From a virus, in the IMG/VR virus record IMGVR_UViG_3300027754_000067, positions 1 through 64,000 of that record: a stretch of DNA of 64,000 nt. The stretch is one strand, 5' to 3'. Position 1 is the stretch's first letter; each line of letters starts with the position of its first letter. Of the stretch, positions 1-9,779 are shown piece by piece. The position numbers and the translations under genes were made by a program. Below the pieces are notes generated by a model. The model saw only the letters and a list, made by a program, of their open reading frames with translations, searched no databases and was not told the origin of the DNA.

Positions 1-122
1 TATTGTACGTTATGCTTGGCATACAGATAAGTATGTATCTTTTTTGAAAAAACTTCAATGTATGAAATTATTGATTCGCATTCCTCCCACACCACGAGGG
101 TGTGGGTTTCCTGCTCATGCAA
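1..122 (+). mobile_element. Terminal part of an IS200/IS605-family (IscB/omega-type) element, running off the window start
   Basis: ATTGATTCGCATTCCT-CCCACACC/GGTGTGGG hairpin-TTTCCTGCTCATG (70-119) matches the end of the 16589-16946 element; ATGAA follows immediately at 123. Confidence 0.65.
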
Positions 123-308
123 ATGAAGATTGGTATGCAATGCATTCTCCACAATTTCTCAACAAAAAGGTGAGAATCATTACAAGAGAAATGTGGCTGG
201 AGTACTGAAAGAATAACACATGTTAGTAATCCAGTAAACAGATTGATTGCCGTGCAATGATTATTATAATTTGTTGACAGTGCAACAAACATCAGGTATA
301 ACAAGAAC

Positions 309-734
309 ATGACAAACCAAACTGATTTCAATGACAATCCTCGTGAATGCAATGACAACGTTGGAACCATGTGGTGTTGGCATCGCAGGTATTCTCTTGG
401 AGACAATGATTCCAGCAAGTACAATCATTCTGATTTTTCTGGATGGGAAGAAATGAAGAAGGAGATTATGCATCGGGAGAAGGCAATTGCTATTCTGCCG
501 TTGTATCTTCATGATCATGGTAATATTACCATGAGGACCACATCATTTAATGATGCTTTTGATTCTGGGCAGGTAGGTTTTATTTTCTTTCGCCGCAATA
601 GGATTGAAGAACTCGGATATAATCGTGCCACCAAGAAGGCCATTGAGGCAGCTTGTGAGCTCCTTCGTGGAGAGGTAGAGGATTATGACCGCTATCTCCG
701 TGGTGATGAAGAAGAAGAAGAATATGTCCAGTAA
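309..734 (+). CDS. Hypothetical phage protein
   Basis: 141-aa ORF starting at a leaderless promoter. Confidence 0.8.
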   Translation: MTNQTDFNDNPRECNDNVGTMWCWHRRYSLGDNDSSKYNHSDFSGWEEMKKEIMHREKAIAILPLYLHDHGNITMRTTSFNDAFDSGQVGFIFFRRNRIEELGYNRATKKAIEAACELLRGEVEDYDRYLRGDEEEEEYVQ

Positions 735-969
735 AAAACCACTGGAAGTCGGTAAGTTATATCAAACAAAAATAAAAATTAGTTTTTATAGCGATATTTC
801 AAATAGTTTTGTGTGGTTAAAAAACTTGGAATCCATGACAGTGATCATGATTTTGGAAAATGGTTGTTTTGATAGATTTAACAAAATCATTACAGAAGAT
901 GGGCAAGTAGGCTACATTGATTCCACCTTTCATTACGAAGATGGAGGAACAGTGGAAAAAGTCATTTGA
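724..969 (+). CDS. Small 'VGKLY' family protein (SH3-like, inferred)
   Basis: Probable start at ATG724 overlapping the upstream gene end; VGKLY N-terminal and G-x-VG-Y/W C-terminal motifs shared with 3260, 3529, 4827, 8152, 19112, 19393. Confidence 0.65.
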   Translation: MSSKKPLEVGKLYQTKIKISFYSDISNSFVWLKNLESMTVIMILENGCFDRFNKIITEDGQVGYIDSTFHYEDGGTVEKVI

Positions 970-1000
970 CAAATGTTCAGTGATAGTGTATAGTCTTTCT

Positions 1001-1732
1001 ATGACTGAGAAGTACCTATTCGGATCAGCATTGACCAAGAAATATTTTCCAGAGTATCGTACTCCGAACGATATTGATTGGGTTGTCTTTGATAAAGACA
1101 AAGAAAAAGATTCTGTAACCGCAGTAGAAGAGTATTATTATCTTCCTGTTGCTCCTCATAGAGAAATGACTCCTGACGAACTTTACACTGTGAAAGTTTC
1201 TCATGCAATTTATGATATTCATTGGAAAAAGACGATGTCTGATATTCGTTTTTTCCAAATCAAAGGTTGCAAAATTGATCGGTCATATCTAAAAGACCTC
1301 CGAGAATTCTGGAAAACTGTTCATGGAGAGCAGCGTCGAACAAATTTTGATATTGATCCTGATAAGTTTTTCACAGATAAAGTAAAACGGGAAATTCCGC
1401 ATGATGAACTTCATGTAATGCTTCATAATCCACCATCTTATCTTAAAATGGTGGAAGGAATTAATCCGGTAGAAAACAAATTCTTTAATGAGCTCTCCGA
1501 ACAAGAGCGTGTTGATATTTGTTTTGAAGAAGCTTTTGTTATTGCTTTGGAGCGATTCAATACAGAGCGGTTTGAAAAAAGAACAGCCTATTGCATTGCA
1601 CAACAATCTCTGGTAACAAGGATTCATCCAGTTTGGATCGCAGACTATGTGATTGAGAATTGGAATAAAGCATTTTGGAATGCAAGTAACTCACAGCACT
1701 GGAATCAGTACGTAACCCTAAGAAAGAAATAA
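1001..1732 (+). CDS. Putative nucleotidyltransferase-like phage protein
   Basis: hFGS...DID motif near the N-terminus (YLFGSAL...PNDIDWV); start reassigned to ATG1001 from promoter geometry. Confidence 0.6.
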   Translation: MTEKYLFGSALTKKYFPEYRTPNDIDWVVFDKDKEKDSVTAVEEYYYLPVAPHREMTPDELYTVKVSHAIYDIHWKKTMSDIRFFQIKGCKIDRSYLKDLREFWKTVHGEQRRTNFDIDPDKFFTDKVKREIPHDELHVMLHNPPSYLKMVEGINPVENKFFNELSEQERVDICFEEAFVIALERFNTERFEKRTAYCIAQQSLVTRIHPVWIADYVIENWNKAFWNASNSQHWNQYVTLRKK

Positions 1733-1737
1733 CCAAC

Positions 1738-2028
1738 ATGACTATCTCTAAAGAACAAATTCTCGTCAAAATTCAAGAAAAAGATTTTGATTTTTTTGAT
1801 CAGTATGGTGACAACCAGAAACAGCTTCGAGAATCTGGTGTTTCATTTCCTTATCGTCTCAATATGGGTGACGGCAATGAAATCACAGAAGTTTGCTATT
1901 TCCCAGAACATGATCTTCATGTTATGATGACAGGTTGTTATAGCTCATGGGATTCAACCCAATGGGATGAAATTGGACTAGCAAGTCCGTTTACCTTCAC
2001 CGAAACACGCTTTAAATTTAAAGAATAA
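1738..2028 (+). CDS. Hypothetical protein, paralogue 1 of a tandem triplet
   Basis: Shares GDG...G-x-YSS-W/Y...P-Y/F...ETR-Y/F with 2041 and 2369. Confidence 0.8.
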   Translation: MTISKEQILVKIQEKDFDFFDQYGDNQKQLRESGVSFPYRLNMGDGNEITEVCYFPEHDLHVMMTGCYSSWDSTQWDEIGLASPFTFTETRFKFKE

Positions 2029-2040
2029 TAGGAGTTTATA

Positions 2041-2346
2041 ATGGAAATCACACTAGATCTAGTAAAAGAAAAAATCGCTGCTAGCTCATACAAGTTTTTT
2101 GATTTTGATTATTGGGATGAATACGGAGAAGCATCAGAAGATCCATTTAAAGATGGTCAAATGGTATATGTCCATTCGGATAATGATGGTGATGGCCGTC
2201 ATGCAACAAAAACTGTCTATTTACCGAAACTGGATGTGTATATTACGCTAGAAGGCTGGTATAGTTCCTACGAAGGTGCAAATTACAATAAAATTGGATT
2301 CTCGAAACCTTACGAATACAAAGAAACTCGTTATCAAATTCTATAA
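2041..2346 (+). CDS. Hypothetical protein, paralogue 2 of a tandem triplet
   Basis: AGGAG RBS; motif shared with 1738 and 2369. Confidence 0.8.
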   Translation: MEITLDLVKEKIAASSYKFFDFDYWDEYGEASEDPFKDGQMVYVHSDNDGDGRHATKTVYLPKLDVYITLEGWYSSYEGANYNKIGFSKPYEYKETRYQIL

Positions 2347-2368
2347 TCTGACTATCGGAGACAAATAA

Positions 2369-2746
2369 ATGACAATCAAATTGGCATCAAAAGAAGAAAT
2401 TCTTGAACACGTTGAAATGAATAATTGTTCTTGGTTTGAAAATAAAGAATATATTTCTAAATCATCTCTTCCACGCCTAGAGTATAATTCACCAGAATAT
2501 ATTCGGAGGTATGTTGATCGAATTTTTACTGAAGAAGAAGAGGCTGAAAACGAAGTTTATGCTTCAGCTTATGTTATTGATGATTATAATGAAGGGGATG
2601 GTAATACAGCCCAACAAACTCATTACTTCAAGCCATATGATCTTTACGTTTCCCTTTATGGAGTTTATAGTTCTTGGGATCGAACAATATACGATAACGT
2701 CTATGTAACAACACCATACCAACACACAGAAACCCGTTATAGATAA
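2369..2746 (+). CDS. Hypothetical protein, paralogue 3 of a tandem triplet
   Basis: GGAG RBS; motif shared with 1738 and 2041. Confidence 0.8.
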   Translation: MTIKLASKEEILEHVEMNNCSWFENKEYISKSSLPRLEYNSPEYIRRYVDRIFTEEEEAENEVYASAYVIDDYNEGDGNTAQQTHYFKPYDLYVSLYGVYSSWDRTIYDNVYVTTPYQHTETRYR

Positions 2747-2828
2747 TCGTTTTCCTACTGTTCATTGCCATGAGCAACAGGAGAAAAAATCGTTTGACTA
2801 ACATTGAGTCATAGTGTATAGTCTGTCC

Positions 2829-3263
2829 ATGACGCAGTTCAATAAGTATCTGGATATGGCTATTTCATTTGCTCGTGAGCATCAGCATGATAATTCGCTT
2901 CCGGCATTTGTTACTTCGATTATTGTGTCAGGAGGATCAGTATTGAGTGTTGGGTTTAATTCCAGATCCAATACTGGTCTTCAGCGTCGTTATATGCAGA
3001 ATCCTCATTGCAACAGTATTCATGCTGAAGTTGATGCAATTCTTAATGTTCGCAAGAAGATTGACTTGACCAATTCCAAGATTTATACTGTTCGCCGGTT
3101 GCGATCAGATACCATGGAAAATCCCAATATTGGTTGTGCAAAGAACTGCCCAATGTGTTCCGCTATTATTTATGCTTACGGTATCAAGCGATCTTATTAT
3201 ACCATTGACAATCACAACTTTGGGGTCATGAAGGTGGTTGATCCAAGGAATAATCATCAGTGA
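2829..3263 (+). CDS. Cytidine/dCMP deaminase-superfamily zinc protein
   Basis: SIHAEVDA and NCPMC zinc motifs; start ATG2829 from promoter geometry; near-identical paralogue at 28667. Confidence 0.8.
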   Translation: MTQFNKYLDMAISFAREHQHDNSLPAFVTSIIVSGGSVLSVGFNSRSNTGLQRRYMQNPHCNSIHAEVDAILNVRKKIDLTNSKIYTVRRLRSDTMENPNIGCAKNCPMCSAIIYAYGIKRSYYTIDNHNFGVMKVVDPRNNHQ

Positions 3264-3532
3264 ATAAGATTGATCCAAATTTTTTCCAAGTAGGAAAACT
3301 TTACGAGTGGAAAAGGAAAAATTCTTTCTATTTCCATTTATATGACATCAATAATGATAAAATTAATTACAGCGACTGTAAAGCTAATTTAGTTCCAGGA
3401 GAAATTGTTTTTATCCTGGAGGTGCTCCCAAAATCAGAAATTGTTTCTGTAAGAATGATGACATCTACAGGAATAATTGCTTGGGGTCAATTCTATCATA
3501 TACACACTGAATCATATTGGCAAAAGCTATGA
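3260..3532 (+). CDS. VGKLY family protein
   Basis: FFQVGKLY motif; GTGA overlap with the upstream stop. Confidence 0.7.
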   Translation: MNKIDPNFFQVGKLYEWKRKNSFYFHLYDINNDKINYSDCKANLVPGEIVFILEVLPKSEIVSVRMMTSTGIIAWGQFYHIHTESYWQKL

Positions 3533-3780
3533 GTACTTCTGATTTTTTCCAAGTAGGAAAGCTATATCAATGTAATTTGCAAGATCTTGGTCTTTATCTG
3601 GACAAAGAACACAGCACCCATATTGGTTGTTTAAGCAGAGGATCAACCATTATGGTTATAGAAATCAATGATAACAACAACATTAAAATTTTGTCAAATG
3701 ATAAGGTTGGATGGTTTTTTTGTCCGCAATGGGGATATGAAAAATATTTCAAACAAATCGGTGAATCAACGGATATCTAA
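3529..3780 (+). CDS. VGKLY family protein
   Basis: FFQVGKLY motif; ATGA overlap. Confidence 0.7.
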   Translation: MSTSDFFQVGKLYQCNLQDLGLYLDKEHSTHIGCLSRGSTIMVIEINDNNNIKILSNDKVGWFFCPQWGYEKYFKQIGESTDI

Positions 3781-3827
3781 TCAGAAAAAGGTTTGACATC
3801 TCCAGCAAGAAAGTGTAGAGTAATCAC

Positions 3828-4040
3828 ATGAGCAAGACGAACAAGGGTTTGAGCGGGCACAGTGTTCGTAATCCTCTGGCTATTGCGGCATTTAGTCGTA
3901 ATGGTGGAGGATACATGAAGGATCGCCGTGAAGAGCGTCAAGGTGCTCGGAATGATTTCCGTGATTTGATTGCCAAGTATGGCGATGACGATGATCAGCA
4001 CGAGGATGATTGGGCTGATGAATACGGTTGTGAGGACTGA
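3828..4040 (+). CDS. Small protein, paralogue of 23159
   Basis: Leaderless promoter; RN..A.AA..RN..G.MKD.R motif. Confidence 0.75.
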   Translation: MSKTNKGLSGHSVRNPLAIAAFSRNGGGYMKDRREERQGARNDFRDLIAKYGDDDDQHEDDWADEYGCED

Positions 4041-4128
4041 AAGAGTTTAGGAAAAAGAAAAAAGGTTTGACTTCTGAGGCAACAAAGGCTATAACTGGAT
4101 TCAAGAAAGGTTCAAGAAAAACAAAACA

Positions 4129-4653
4129 ATGACTACCACTACTGACACCACTATTCCCGTCGTTTCCACCCTTACCACTGTTACGGAGGATGTAGTTGCA
4201 ACGGCAACTCCTGCTATGCCGGTTCCACGTGTTCGTGGAGCGGTTTCTGCAAGTGCTGCCAAGGTTGAGGCTCCCAAGGTATTCAAGCTTGGTGTTCATG
4301 CTGTTCTTACGGCGAATGTTGGTGATCTCCTTGCAGGACAGAAGGTATTTATTTCTTCTGTGTCACCTCTTCAGGTGAGTGACAAGGAGGGTCACACTGT
4401 TACGGTTGCACCAGAGCAGATTAAGACCATGAAGGGTCGTCCTTGCAAGGTTCCTGTTGCTTCTTCGGTGGCACCTGTTGTTGCTGTTGTTTCTGCCCCT
4501 CCGGTTGTCGAGTCAGCACCTCCTGTTGTTGCCTCTCTGGAGGCTGTTGTGGAGGTTGCAACTGTCGTGACTGAGGAAGTGTCGGCAGCGGTTGATGAGG
4601 CTTTTGCAGAGGCTCTAATGGAGTCTGAACAGACTGTTCCCGTTCTAGATTGA
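4129..4653 (+). CDS. KGRP-motif family protein with Ala/Val/Pro-rich extensions
   Basis: FKLGVHAV...ISSVSPL...TMKGRP core shared with 12817, 25172, 26860; leadered promoter. Confidence 0.8.
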   Translation: MTTTTDTTIPVVSTLTTVTEDVVATATPAMPVPRVRGAVSASAAKVEAPKVFKLGVHAVLTANVGDLLAGQKVFISSVSPLQVSDKEGHTVTVAPEQIKTMKGRPCKVPVASSVAPVVAVVSAPPVVESAPPVVASLEAVVEVATVVTEEVSAAVDEAFAEALMESEQTVPVLD

Positions 4654-4826
4654 TACCCCATCAATTTTTAACGGAACGCAGTGGGGAGCGCATACTGCAT
4701 AAATAACGCTTATTTTTCCATATAGCCGAATTACTTCTCAAGACCAACTTTGAGCAAAGAATTGGGGCATTAAGTTTAATATTGACTTAAAGTGGTTCAA
4801 GACCATAATATGGTACAAAGTAAATT

Positions 4827-5144
4827 ATGACCGACGAAGAATTTCAAGCTGCTTTTGCTGATTTTGATGATATATCAAGCCAATATACGCCTGTTGACAT
4901 TTTAGCAAAGTATGCTAATGGTGAAAAGCTTGAAGTAGGCTCTTTGTATCGTGCTTTAGATATTTTGTGCTCAGCTTATGGAAGGGTCATAGCTCAAAAT
5001 GGAGATATTTTCATGTGTCTAGAGCAGCTAAATTCTGAGAGTACATCTGAGTATCAAAATTATAAGTTTCTTTTAGAAAATGGAGATATTTTTACTTTTC
5101 GCTATGATCCAACATATAGTTTTTGTGAGAAAGTAAATCCATGA
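4827..5144 (+). CDS. Hypothetical protein (VGSLY motif)
   Basis: 105-aa ORF containing LEVGSLY. Confidence 0.7.
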   Translation: MTDEEFQAAFADFDDISSQYTPVDILAKYANGEKLEVGSLYRALDILCSAYGRVIAQNGDIFMCLEQLNSESTSEYQNYKFLLENGDIFTFRYDPTYSFCEKVNP

Positions 5145-5392
5145 TTAAATCGGGTAGTCTAGTTCGATGGAAGAACTGGGAGAAATTGAAGAAACATTAT
5201 TTAGTTGGGACTGATTCAAGTAAGAGAATTATTTCAATTAACCAAAGTGATTCTTTAATGTTTTTGGAAGAGATTCGCATTGGTTCCAGTGAGATTAGTG
5301 TTAATGTTGTAAAAGTCTTGACTGGTTCTGGGATCATTGTTACAATTTTGGCTGAAGCTTCTGAGTTTGAGATTTTGGAGGCGGTGAAATAA
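5141..5392 (+). CDS. Hypothetical protein
   Basis: 83-aa ORF with ATGA overlap. Confidence 0.7.
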   Translation: MIKSGSLVRWKNWEKLKKHYLVGTDSSKRIISINQSDSLMFLEEIRIGSSEISVNVVKVLTGSGIIVTILAEASEFEILEAVK

Positions 5393-5395
5393 TTT

Positions 5396-6085
5396 ATGGA
5401 AGCATCTGAGCTAAAAGAGATTCTGGATCAGCACCGGCTTTGGATTGATGGAAAGGGAGGGAGTCGTGCAGACCTCCGTGGTGCAAACCTCCATCGTGCA
5501 AACCTCCGTGGAGCAAACCTCGGAGGTGCAAACCTCGGGCATGCATACCTCTTGCGTGCAGACCTCACTGGTGCAAACCTCTATTGTGCAGACTTGACGA
5601 GTGCATACCTCTCGGGTGCAAACCTCATTGGTGCAAACCTCGGACGTGCAAACCTCGGAGGTGCAAACCTCGGAGGTGCAAACCTCGAACGTGCAAACCT
5701 CGGAGGTGCAAACCTCACGGGTGCAAACCTCAAGGATGCATACCTCACGGGTGCAAACCTCATTAGTGCAAACCTCATTGGTGCAAACCTCAAGGATGCA
5801 AACCTCATTGGTGCAATCCTCTCGGGTGCAAACCTCACGAATGCCATTTTATCTGATGTTTCTTGGATTATTCCCGGTTGTTTGGCTCAGTTGAATAATA
5901 TTGATTATTGTGGCTTTTATCTAGAAAAAGAGAGAAAATACGAAAACTTTATTCAAGACAGCATTGGATTTTTCATTCAAAACAATCCCGAAGAAAAGAC
6001 TTTTGATATGCTCCTTGGAGATCGGATTATTCGAGGTATTCCTGATTGGGTAAAGTATTCGGGAATGAAACAGATTTTGTCATAG
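5396..6085 (+). CDS. Pentapeptide-repeat protein, C-terminal module type A
   Basis: About 25 A(N/D)Lxx repeats; C-terminus SWI.PG...IPDWVKYSGMK shared with 10994. Confidence 0.9.
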   Translation: MEASELKEILDQHRLWIDGKGGSRADLRGANLHRANLRGANLGGANLGHAYLLRADLTGANLYCADLTSAYLSGANLIGANLGRANLGGANLGGANLERANLGGANLTGANLKDAYLTGANLISANLIGANLKDANLIGAILSGANLTNAILSDVSWIIPGCLAQLNNIDYCGFYLEKERKYENFIQDSIGFFIQNNPEEKTFDMLLGDRIIRGIPDWVKYSGMKQILS

Positions 6086-6108
6086 AATTTACTTAGAAAG
6101 ATTAGATT

Positions 6109-6363
6109 ATGGATATCCGAGAAGAGGTTCCGTACAATGCATTTGTTAACATGCCTCCGATGTATTGGCGTAACATTGATGAGGCTAAGGGAGCATTGTA
6201 TTTTCTTGCCGCAATAGATTCAACATTCCCAATAGATGATTTTGCATACAAGCTGCCATTCATTCGTGCTATTGATGCATGTAAAGATTTTGAAGACATT
6301 AAAGAAGTATATTTAAAATATTTCGGTGATAAACACAAGAAAGTAGTTTTGAATTCTCTTTAA
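6109..6363 (+). CDS. Hypothetical protein
   Basis: 84-aa ORF in the co-oriented array. Confidence 0.65.
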   Translation: MDIREEVPYNAFVNMPPMYWRNIDEAKGALYFLAAIDSTFPIDDFAYKLPFIRAIDACKDFEDIKEVYLKYFGDKHKKVVLNSL

Positions 6364-6609
6364 TAATCTTATCAAGAAAGACATAATAGAGTCATGAATC
6401 AGATTTCACTACCAGAAGTAAGCAATGCTTTACTTGATCCATCGATTTTTAATCGATCAACTTTTGTTTTACTGCTTTTGAGTGCAGTGTTTGAATCACT
6501 TATATTAAAGCAATATATCATGTGGATTATGGGTTAATGGAATAGATTGCGGCAAACACATAAAAATTATATCATTGATATCATCAAATAGATAAGGTAA
6601 GTTAACAAC

Positions 6610-6978
6610 ATGGACAAAGATACAAAACTGCTTCTTGGTTGGACGATAACTTGTTTGTTTGCATTAATTCTGATAATCGGATTTACTCCATCGCCCGAAC
6701 GAAGAGTAGATCCTGTTTTAGAAGCCATACAGGAGCGAAACAGGATTTATATTATTGAACGAGGTGCAGAAGATGACGCTTCTGACAAAGCACTATCGGA
6801 GCATCAAGAGGTAAACTATGTAAGATGCTTTCTTCGACCGGCTGGATATGTGACTTGTCAGGTTCATACACCGCCAATGGATGTTGAAGCATATTGCCGA
6901 GCAAGGGGTCCACGGGAGTTTCTTGTTGATGGGAATCGTTGTCGATGGACAAGTCCGTCTTCAATGTCTCATCCATAA
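6610..6978 (+). CDS. Membrane-anchored, Cys-containing exported protein
   Basis: N-terminal hydrophobic segment; leaderless promoter. Confidence 0.7.
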   Translation: MDKDTKLLLGWTITCLFALILIIGFTPSPERRVDPVLEAIQERNRIYIIERGAEDDASDKALSEHQEVNYVRCFLRPAGYVTCQVHTPPMDVEAYCRARGPREFLVDGNRCRWTSPSSMSHP

Positions 6979-7052
6979 TGTTGCGGCAAACATATTAAAA
7001 AAATAATATTGGTTGACAAATCCAGTAAGATAGGATAGGATAAGGTAATAAC

Positions 7053-7307
7053 ATGAATTGCGAATTTGGATCACCTAGTCGTATCCCTCATTATCTTATG
7101 GATAATAATCCTTTTGTTGATCCTTGCATTGGGTGGACATTAGATCATTATGTGCATCGTCATTGTCCGATGACGAAAAAGGATTTCAGGGAGTTGACTG
7201 ATAGACATGATATGTCTGTATCTCCATGGAGGCAACACTGTGATTGTTTGCTGTGTGATGAGGATATGGAGACAGAGATGGACCAATATCGTTATTGGGC
7301 ACCATGA
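7053..7307 (+). CDS. Hypothetical protein
   Basis: 84-aa ORF behind a cassette promoter. Confidence 0.65.
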   Translation: MNCEFGSPSRIPHYLMDNNPFVDPCIGWTLDHYVHRHCPMTKKDFRELTDRHDMSVSPWRQHCDCLLCDEDMETEMDQYRYWAP

Positions 7308-7419
7308 CTCATGTTTAAGGATGAGTTTCAGATTGCATTACTGATTTTTGTATTCTTTTTGTTTTACAGCATTGGAATGACATTATCAAAGATGGGTTTT
7401 ACAATCAATTAAGGGTAAA

Positions 7420-7629
7420 ATGGAAAATTGTTTTGTTTGCCGCAAATTTATTGAGGGAGATGATCTGATTAAATCATCTGGCTATTATGTTTGTTCTGGA
7501 TGTTACAAGAAACCAGCCAATAATACTTGTGTGGGAAATTGCGGCAAGAAGTATCAATTGCCATTTAAATTCAATTGCACATCATGCTTCAAACGAGCAA
7601 AAAATATTGACTCCAATCCAGATGCCTGA
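7420..7629 (+). CDS. Small Cys-rich (zinc-finger-like) protein
   Basis: Multiple CxxC pairs. Confidence 0.6.
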   Translation: MENCFVCRKFIEGDDLIKSSGYYVCSGCYKKPANNTCVGNCGKKYQLPFKFNCTSCFKRAKNIDSNPDA

Positions 7630-7641
7630 TATATTCTCTCT

Positions 7642-7806
7642 ATGGAAACAACAAAGCAGTGTGCAAAGCAATTGATTGGCAAGCATCAGGGTTGCGGAGG
7701 TGAAGTGTATTACTTCAGTACTCGTAATTTTGGATTCCGTAAGTGTTTCAAGTGCAATGCAGATGGTATGAGGGGAACGACTTCACCTTCCTTGGAGCAG
7801 GAGTAA
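7642..7806 (+). CDS. Small zinc-ribbon protein (not in ORF track), paralogue of 38322
   Basis: Leaderless promoter; H..CGGEV.Y.S.R.F..R.C..C...GM.GT.SP.LE. Confidence 0.75.
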   Translation: METTKQCAKQLIGKHQGCGGEVYYFSTRNFGFRKCFKCNADGMRGTTSPSLEQE

Positions 7807-7812
7807 ATTAAA

Positions 7813-8145
7813 ATGCTGTGCAAACTGACTGATTCATCTGAAATTCTTTCTGCTTTGTGTATTGCAAAGAATGCATGGGGAATCTACGTAAGCCATTGTG
7901 CCTTTGAGATTGCACATACTGAGCTTAATCGTGCAATCCCATTTCTTAGCGAGGAAGATGTAATCCAGCTGTGGCACAAGGGATACATGTACTTATTCTT
8001 CTCCACCAAGCAAGAGCTTGATAATCATTACAATCAGATTGTGGGAGATGACGGGCCTACTAGCTTGAATGCTTATCATGGGGAAGCACGAGTTTATGCC
8101 CTAACCTGTAATCCTGATGGCAATTCTATGAATGAAAACACATGA
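7813..8145 (+). CDS. Hypothetical phage protein
   Basis: 110-aa ORF with GGAG RBS. Confidence 0.75.
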   Translation: MLCKLTDSSEILSALCIAKNAWGIYVSHCAFEIAHTELNRAIPFLSEEDVIQLWHKGYMYLFFSTKQELDNHYNQIVGDDGPTSLNAYHGEARVYALTCNPDGNSMNENT

Positions 8146-8151
8146 TCAAAA

Positions 8152-8427
8152 GTGATGGATAACATTCAATTAGGAAAAATATATCAATTTAATTATGGAG
8201 TATGGCCTCTGCCGTATGGCTGGAATACCATTGACGAAGCAAACGTATGTTATACCAAAGGTATTTGTTATGGGCTTGTTGAGGATTTATGTTTGGTTTT
8301 GGAATGCAAGCCATTTGATTCAAAATTTGATGATGACTATTTTGCTGTCAAAGTTTTGATAGAAACTGGCAATATATACTGGATATGCGTGAATCAAGAC
8401 GCATTAGTTTTAGCCGCAAAAGAATAA
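8152..8427 (+). CDS. VGKLY-like family protein
   Basis: IQLGKIY...KVL.E.G...W. Confidence 0.65.
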   Translation: MMDNIQLGKIYQFNYGVWPLPYGWNTIDEANVCYTKGICYGLVEDLCLVLECKPFDSKFDDDYFAVKVLIETGNIYWICVNQDALVLAAKE

Positions 8428-8435
8428 TAAAACCC

Positions 8436-9173
8436 ATGAAAATTAAATTAGTTTCTTTTATTTTATTGATGGCTGGTTGTAGTGATCCATCTTTGTCTGA
8501 ATCAGATAACAATCATTGTATTGAAATTGGTTTAAACTTAACAAGAGCTTTCAGTGATTTCAATGGAGATGCTGGTCAGCAAGGTAGATATAACAATGAT
8601 TATTCTTGTGCTGTTTTAAATGACGCACAACTTCCTGGTATTGATTTCTCTAGCCCATATATTCCATACAGTCCACATAGACCTTTTCAAGTATGTGAAA
8701 CAGGCTTTACATCACCACCACAGCTTTGTCTTACAAATCTCAAGAATGCTAATATGGCGAGGATTAATCTTAGTGGTGCAAACTTATCCAGGGTAGTGTT
8801 GCATGATGCCAATCTTCAAGGTGCGATATTAAATCGTGCTCTTCTAATTGGAACAGAGTTTTACAGGGCTAATCTACAGACTGCTGATATGAGAAATGCA
8901 AATGCTACTAGAGCTTATTACAATCAAGCATTTATGCTAGGAGCTAATTTGTCGTATTCTGTATTAACCGAAGCAAACTTAACCGAAGCAAACTTAACCG
9001 AAGCAAACCTTAGTGATGCAGTGCTAGTAAATGCAAATCTTAACAGAGCTAATTTACAAAATGCAGACTTAACTGGTGCCAATCTAACAGGAGCTACTTT
9101 TCTTGGTGCCGATCTTCGAGGTGCAATTTTAGATAGAGTTCTTGGCTTTAACGAAACAGGAGCTATTCGCTAA
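8436..9173 (+). CDS. Putative lipoprotein with pentapeptide repeats
   Basis: MKIKLVSFILLMAGC lipobox; C-terminal A(N/D)Lxx repeats with divergent codons. Confidence 0.75.
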   Translation: MKIKLVSFILLMAGCSDPSLSESDNNHCIEIGLNLTRAFSDFNGDAGQQGRYNNDYSCAVLNDAQLPGIDFSSPYIPYSPHRPFQVCETGFTSPPQLCLTNLKNANMARINLSGANLSRVVLHDANLQGAILNRALLIGTEFYRANLQTADMRNANATRAYYNQAFMLGANLSYSVLTEANLTEANLTEANLSDAVLVNANLNRANLQNADLTGANLTGATFLGADLRGAILDRVLGFNETGAIR

Positions 9174-9226
9174 AGTATAGTTGATAATTGTTTGACATGT
9201 TCAGTGAGATAAGATAGGATAAGAAC

Positions 9227-9565
9227 ATGAAGACGAATGATGTCACGTTGGATATTCCCACTGGTTTGACTGAGAGTGGTCTGAAGGCTGCAAATATTAT
9301 TCTTGCTTTTATGGAAAAGCATAATATGAGCACTGGAGGATGTCGTTTGTTTTATTCTCCTGAGCAATGGAAGGCTCGTGGTGAAGAATATGGAACTACA
9401 TCTGAGTTAATTTTTGTTTATGATGGTGGTGATTTGTTTGATGTATTGAATGGATACATTGAAGGTTCATACCGAATGATGGATGAATTCACCAAGGCTC
9501 TTGTAGATGGAGGTTTTAACTACGAGCCTTGCACGCATTGGTATTCGGCTGTACATGCTGATTGA
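9227..9565 (+). CDS. Hypothetical phage protein
   Basis: Leaderless promoter; 112 aa. Confidence 0.8.
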   Translation: MKTNDVTLDIPTGLTESGLKAANIILAFMEKHNMSTGGCRLFYSPEQWKARGEEYGTTSELIFVYDGGDLFDVLNGYIEGSYRMMDEFTKALVDGGFNYEPCTHWYSAVHAD

Positions 9566-9578
9566 GGGGTAAAAAACA

Positions 9579-9779
9579 ATGATTAGAGTTATTGGATTTG
9601 ATTCTAGTGTAACGTTGAGACATGTGACTTGTAATAGTTGTCATGCGATCAATGAATTTGATCCAAAGCGTGATATGGTATCAATGGAGCCATTTGGATC
9701 TACTAACAGGCATTCAATGATTCGTTGTGGTAATTGCCATCAATATGTTTCCACGGACAAAGCTCGTCTAGTTGGCTAA
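9579..9779 (+). CDS. Small zinc-ribbon protein
   Basis: CxxC...CxxC. Confidence 0.65.
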   Translation: MIRVIGFDSSVTLRHVTCNSCHAINEFDPKRDMVSMEPFGSTNRHSMIRCGNCHQYVSTDKARLVG

